NCBI GenBank assembly: GCA_051439425.1
Contig: JBFRWD010000114.1
Span: 1-13,588, forward strand
Direction of reading: 5' to 3'
Source of the DNA: Synechococcus sp.
Lineage (GTDB): Bacteria; Cyanobacteriota; Cyanobacteriia; Thermostichales; PCC-7336
Length of the DNA: 13,588 nucleotides
The translations under genes and the position numbers were made by a program. This document shows, piece after piece, positions 9,635 to 13,588 of the stretch. The stretch's first letter is position 1; every line of letters starts with the position of its first letter. The notes beneath the pieces were generated by a model that had not been told where the DNA came from, made no database searches, and was given only the letters and a program-made list of their open reading frames with translations.

Positions 9635-9922
9635 AACTAAGCTCAAGTTATATCCTGAATGTTTATAGCTTTCTACAATCCGCGATGGAGGATACTCTAG
9701 CAATTTTCCTTAGAAGATCGAGGGTTTGAGTTATCTTCGCACTCCAGATCTTATAGCGGGTTGCTATAGTCACTTAATCTGAAGTTGATGCTCAAAAACT
9801 GAGCGATAATATGTAATAGCCTAGGCTAATATTGGCTGCCAACATACACATCTTTAGTGTTACCAAATGCCTCTTGGCTATCATCGATCTACAGCAATAC
9901 TGCTTGCAAACTATGTACGGTT

Positions 9923-10975
9923 TCAGTATGTGGAATGTACAAAATGATTGAATGCATACTGTTGTTGTAGAGAGCTAGCAAAACTCACCGCAGCAGTTCG
10001 TCGATCGCCAGTTGGTTCGCGATAGCTAAAGCGGAGGGCAGGACGTCGTTCCCCCCCAAGATGCAGGTAACCTGCTTCTAAACTGTGAATACTCTTGGAG
10101 GCGATCGCGGATGTCCACCATCCGGCTCTGCGATTAGCAACTGCTAATCCTCCTCGACTAGACGCGTCTACATTTGCCATTAGCACCAATTCACCATTCT
10201 CGGAACTGCCAATTGTCCCTGGCATATCAACAAACATCTGTCGAACGATGGGCTTGGGAGAGCGATTTCCATCTTGAGCTGCAGTGGAAGATAAAGCTAA
10301 GCAAGCACTGACGTGTAAATCAACTTGCTTCCCTTCAGTAAGCGATACTCCTTTGCTGCGCATTACTTGGTGCGAAGGTTCAAAAATAATGCCCTGCTTG
10401 GCTAGGGCAACTGCAAAGATACCTAGTAAGCCTCCAATTCCTCCCATAGCAACCCCGTGTCTCCAGGCTGGGTTGAAGCGGCTTCCTTCAACCAAACTCC
10501 ACGCCGTTTCGAGATACACGTTTTGGCCTAAATCAGCGCGACTGGCGTCAACCTGTCGTTCTGGCTTGAGGGGTTGCAGCCTTCCAGTAACTGCAGATGG
10601 AGATGGGCCAAGCGGATCGCTGGTTGCACGACCTGCGCGAACTAGGATTGCTCGCCGAGTGTCTTCTTCTATCAAAGGAATGTATGCTGCACCTCCTAGT
10701 CTTAGCTCCGATTCGGGAAACAAATGCCCTTGAACGGTAACGTAATCTAATGCCTCAGCTCCTAAGGTGGACCCTTTGATATCTTGAATAGAAATCTGCC
10801 TGGGTTGAGAGTGCGCGATTGCACTGGCGATAAACTCAGCACCCTGCCAAACAACACAAAGCCCCATTCCTGCCATAACGAGCCAGCTCAGAGGAACTCC
10901 CTTTAAGTGAATGTGACTGGTGGTTAGATTGATGCGGGCAGCAATGCCCAACGGTCGGTACACCCAAGAAGACAT
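9923..10975 (-). CDS. Hypothetical membrane protein
   Basis: 350-aa ORF with two hydrophobic segments (about aa 28-54 and 174-192). No family is recognised. Confidence 0.7.
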   Translation of the reverse strand: MSSWVYRPLGIAARINLTTSHIHLKGVPLSWLVMAGMGLCVVWQGAEFIASAIAHSQPRQISIQDIKGSTLGAEALDYVTVQGHLFPESELRLGGAAYIPLIEEDTRRAILVRAGRATSDPLGPSPSAVTGRLQPLKPERQVDASRADLGQNVYLETAWSLVEGSRFNPAWRHGVAMGGIGGLLGIFAVALAKQGIIFEPSHQVMRSKGVSLTEGKQVDLHVSACLALSSTAAQDGNRSPKPIVRQMFVDMPGTIGSSENGELVLMANVDASSRGGLAVANRRAGWWTSAIASKSIHSLEAGYLHLGGERRPALRFSYREPTGDRRTAAVSFASSLQQQYAFNHFVHSTY

Positions 10976-11123
10976 AGGCGAGTTGGAATAACTAGTATTT
11001 GGCTAGACTGACCATGGGATATTTTATTAGGGGGAAGTGTAATCTGGCAGGCTGGAGGAAGAGCGATCGTCCATGGTTAAGTGCTGTCAGCGTTTCGGAC
11101 AAACTCAAAGCAATTTTAATCTT

Positions 11124-11149
11124 ATTATCAAGAGAATACTCCAGATAAT
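11124..11149. repeat. Degenerate copy of the 13-bp arm within an imperfect palindrome
   Basis: ATACTCCAGATAA at 11136-11148 (12/13 match) inside ATTATCAAGAGAATACTCCAGATAAT. Confidence 0.55.
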
Positions 11150-11230
11150 GATTAAGAGATAGTGACTAATTCATTTAGTGATTCAACCCATGATTCGAGC
11201 ATCGATTTGATGTCTGGGCAATGTTCAAGT

Positions 11231-11950
11231 ATGGGATTTGTAGCGGGAATTGATGGATGTCGAGCAGGATGGATTGCGATCGCTTACAGCAATGCTGGCT
11301 TCTCTCACAAACTTCTGGAAACAAAGCAGGAACTACTCGAATTCTTGCAAGCAGCCAAGTTAGCCTTGATCGATATTCCGATTGGTCTTTCTGATTGCGA
11401 GGCCAGCCGCCATTGCGATCGTTTACTCAGAGATGCCCTCCGTCCTCACTTCAGCTCAAGTGTATTCAATCCGCCAGTAAGACAAGCCATTTATGCCAGA
11501 AGCTATGAGGAGGCCTGCCTGAAGAATGCTGCTGCAACCGGGAAGAAACTATCAAAGCAATCGTGGAATATTTCGGAAAAAATCCGAATCATTGATGAGC
11601 TACTGCTTGCTCATCCTGCCTTGAGAGGTACCGTTCATGAAAGCCATCCGGAATATCTCTTCTTCAATTTAAATCGCCATCACTTAGTGCATAAGAAGAA
11701 AACTGTTGCTGGGAGGGTTGAGCGACTCACAATATTGGCTAATTTTTTTCCGGCGATTGAGGATATGTTCGGCGAGGTGCGCTCGCACTACCTGAAAAAA
11801 CAAATGGCAGATGACGACATCGTTGATGCTCTTGGCTTGGCGATTGGAGCACAGATGGTTGGCGATCGCGAGCTTTGTAGCCTGCCTCAACCAATCGAGC
11901 GAGATAAACAAGGTATCCCGATGGCCATCCACTATGTGGCTATGCCTTAG
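11231..11950 (+). CDS. DUF429 family predicted RNase H-like nuclease
   Basis: VAGIDGCRAGW, IDIPIGL, RHCDR..R, SSVFNPP, LSKQSWNI..KI, ESHPE and DDIVDA motifs. The ATG at 11231 is preferred because the family begins at the GID strand; the open frame starts at GTG 11162. Confidence 0.85.
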   Translation: MGFVAGIDGCRAGWIAIAYSNAGFSHKLLETKQELLEFLQAAKLALIDIPIGLSDCEASRHCDRLLRDALRPHFSSSVFNPPVRQAIYARSYEEACLKNAAATGKKLSKQSWNISEKIRIIDELLLAHPALRGTVHESHPEYLFFNLNRHHLVHKKKTVAGRVERLTILANFFPAIEDMFGEVRSHYLKKQMADDDIVDALGLAIGAQMVGDRELCSLPQPIERDKQGIPMAIHYVAMP

Positions 11951-11962
11951 TTCGAGCAGCAG

Positions 11963-11983
11963 ATAGTCCAGATAATTATTCAA
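11963..11983 (+). repeat. 13-bp arm half-site (ATAGTCCAGATAA + TTATTCAA)
   Basis: Exact arm, 12 bp after the DUF429 stop. The 21 bp are identical to the reverse complement of 13445-13465. Confidence 0.9.
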
Positions 11984-12093
11984 GGCATCTCATTCTTTCT
12001 GAAGTCATATATGAGTATTCCCGGCAGAATATTTGAGGTTCCCGCGATTCGACAACGTTGTGCAAGTGGACGGTTTCCTGATTCGAGTGACGG

Positions 12094-12113
12094 ATAGTCC
12101 AGATAATTGCTAT
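12094..12113 (+). repeat. 13-bp arm half-site (ATAGTCCAGATAA + TTGCTAT)
   Basis: Exact arm at 12094-12106, preceded by TTCGAG-N6 as in the 11963 copy. Confidence 0.9.
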
Positions 12114-12266
12114 TGTCCTTGGGAGCAGGAAGGAAACGCCGACCGGAACAAGCCACCTACTACCAAGATTAAACACTGCCAATGAACTATCCCATATAAA
12201 GCGGCTTTCCCTCCACCACATCTACTGCCATCCAAATGCATTTCCCTGACCTCCACCACCACTCAA

Positions 12267-12299
12267 ATAGTCCAGATAAGTAATAGTTATCTGGACTAT
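12267..12299. repeat. Perfect 13-7-13 inverted repeat (loxP-like putative recombination site)
   Basis: ATAGTCCAGATAA-GTAATAG-TTATCTGGACTAT, with an asymmetric 7-bp spacer. Confidence 0.9.
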
Positions 12300-12560
12300 A
12301 GATATACTCGCGGGCTGTATCCCATGCCTGGCAATGATTCTGAGGAATGGCATATTAGAGCCATAATTCCGCTAAAGCCAATTTCTGGCCTTGTTGGTCA
12401 TCAATCGGAGAAGCAAATGGCTTTTCTGCCGCTCATCAATGAAGGAGCGGGGGAGGGCAGCTCCGTTCGTCTCGTATCAAGTAGCCTGGGAGGAGAATCT
12501 ACAATAGCCAGACATCGGGACACTAGACTAGTCCTCAATATTCCTCACTCAAGTAGCCTA

Positions 12561-12580
12561 ATAGTCCAGATAATTATTCT
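12561..12580 (+). repeat. 13-bp arm half-site (ATAGTCCAGATAA + TTATTCT)
   Basis: Exact arm at 12561-12573. The first 19 bp are identical to the 11963 copy. Confidence 0.9.
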
Positions 12581-12718
12581 TCCGATTACTCTCCAGCAAG
12601 GACAAGAAGACAAGACTGCTAAAAAATTAATGCCATTCGGATAAATTGCTGTGTATTATTAAACTTCAGCCTCACTTAGGTATATAGATACTCTTTAAGC
12701 TTAGCGGGAGTCCTCACC

Positions 12719-13441
12719 ATGTTTTCTTTGCTCTCAGTCTTGATTTCGCGCGATCGAAACGACTGGTGTAAGAGGGTTAGCGACCCCATGAGAGAAATTG
12801 AAGACTTTTATAAATCACGAGCCGAGATTTCCCTCAAGCAGCGCCGAAAGACAGCATACGAGCGCTTGCGGAGATTAGAAGATATTAGTCCTTACGCCGC
12901 AAAGACGATTCTAATGCAATGGGATGCAGCGATGGCGGCGTCCGTAAAGTCTGCTTCCGCGAGGAGGAGTAGAAGCTCTAATGTCCGTACAAGCAAAGAG
13001 GTAGTTTTAACCGGCTCCCGGTCACAAGTGTCCAAAGAGTTAGCTCAGAAACACGCTGCCACTCGCGACCTACGTATTGGAGAATTACTGCAGAAAGCTG
13101 GACTTGTAACCCCTACTCAGATTGAAATTGCGTTGATGGAGCAGGAAACCTGCACGCAACAACTTTTGGGAGACATCATCGCAGAACGTGGTTGGATAAA
13201 ATCTGAAACCGTTGACTTCTTTATTCGTCGATTCCCCAATATCCACCGCGAGTCCTTTCGGTTTCCGCTGGGACGCTACCTTAAGGATGCTTCTCTCCTC
13301 GATACCGCCCAGATTGGTTGCATCCTGCAGGCTCAAAGTCGATCACTCAGGCCAGTCATGTTCGGGACGCTGGCAGTCTCTCAAGGCTATGTAAAACAGG
13401 AGACCATCGATATCCTGCTTCAGCAACTGACAACTCGGTAA
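12719..13441 (+). CDS. Hypothetical protein with two tandem MshEN-like (putative c-di-GMP-binding) domains
   Basis: RIGELLQKAGLVTPTQIEIALMEQ...LLGDIIAERGWI and PLGRYLKDASLLDTAQIGCILQAQ...MFGTLAVSQGYV resemble the RLGxxLxxxGLI...LxxQ motif. An alternative start is ATG 12788. Confidence 0.7.
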   Translation: MFSLLSVLISRDRNDWCKRVSDPMREIEDFYKSRAEISLKQRRKTAYERLRRLEDISPYAAKTILMQWDAAMAASVKSASARRSRSSNVRTSKEVVLTGSRSQVSKELAQKHAATRDLRIGELLQKAGLVTPTQIEIALMEQETCTQQLLGDIIAERGWIKSETVDFFIRRFPNIHRESFRFPLGRYLKDASLLDTAQIGCILQAQSRSLRPVMFGTLAVSQGYVKQETIDILLQQLTTR

Positions 13442-13444
13442 TTT

Positions 13445-13465
13445 TTGAATAATTATCTGGACTAT
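13445..13465 (-). repeat. 13-bp arm half-site, inverted orientation
   Basis: TTGAATAA-TTATCTGGACTAT, with the arm at 13453-13465, 11 bp after the upstream stop codon. Confidence 0.9.
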
Positions 13466-13588
13466 GTGCGATGCGAAGAACCGAAACCATCAGTTTGATG
13501 GGGGATGGTTCACCTCTCCGAGCTAACTGCTGATCCAGTGTTAGCACTAACGCTCGGGAGGTAACTGAATCAGCTTGTTGGTGCGACT

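Noticed and set aside
12477..12559. 11-bp direct repeat TCAAGTAGCCT and the arm-like ATAGCCAGACAT near 12504
   Set aside because: Too short or degenerate to call as separate sites, although they may relate to the arm system.
11963..12573. CRISPR array interpretation of the repeats
   Set aside because: The conserved unit is only 13-21 bp, spacing is irregular (131, 173, 294 bp), orientation is mixed, and no cas genes are present in the window.
11976..12644. ORFs 11976..12221 (-) and 12324..12644 (+)
   Set aside because: Both read through repeat arms and show no recognisable domain, so they are not supported as genes.
13522..13546. Integron attC site (GCTAAC...GTTAGC)
   Set aside because: The cores are far too close for attC, do not fit RYYYAAC/GTTRRRY, and no IntI-type integrase is present.

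Overview
Cyanobacterial chromosomal window (at least 14 HIP1 GCGATCGC octamers). It starts inside the left end of an IS3-family element. A mostly housekeeping stretch follows: CPYC-type glutathione transferase, thioredoxin-like [2Fe-2S] ferredoxin, two small hypothetical genes, rsmI, hemB, an alpha/beta hydrolase, mraY and tRNA-Ser(GGA). Downstream of the tRNA is an accessory, island-like region. It holds a tyrosine-recombinase homologue that lacks its catalytic motifs, a divergent Xre-HTH/double-zinc-ribbon gene behind a 40-bp palindrome, a membrane protein, a DUF429 predicted nuclease and a tandem MshEN-like protein. The most striking unexplained structure is a 13-bp arm, ATAGTCCAGATAA, found six times exactly and once with one mismatch between 11136 and 13465. 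Two copies form a perfect loxP-like 13-7-13 site; the rest are half-sites at gene boundaries. This suggests, by inference only, a site-specific cassette-capture or shufflon-like system.
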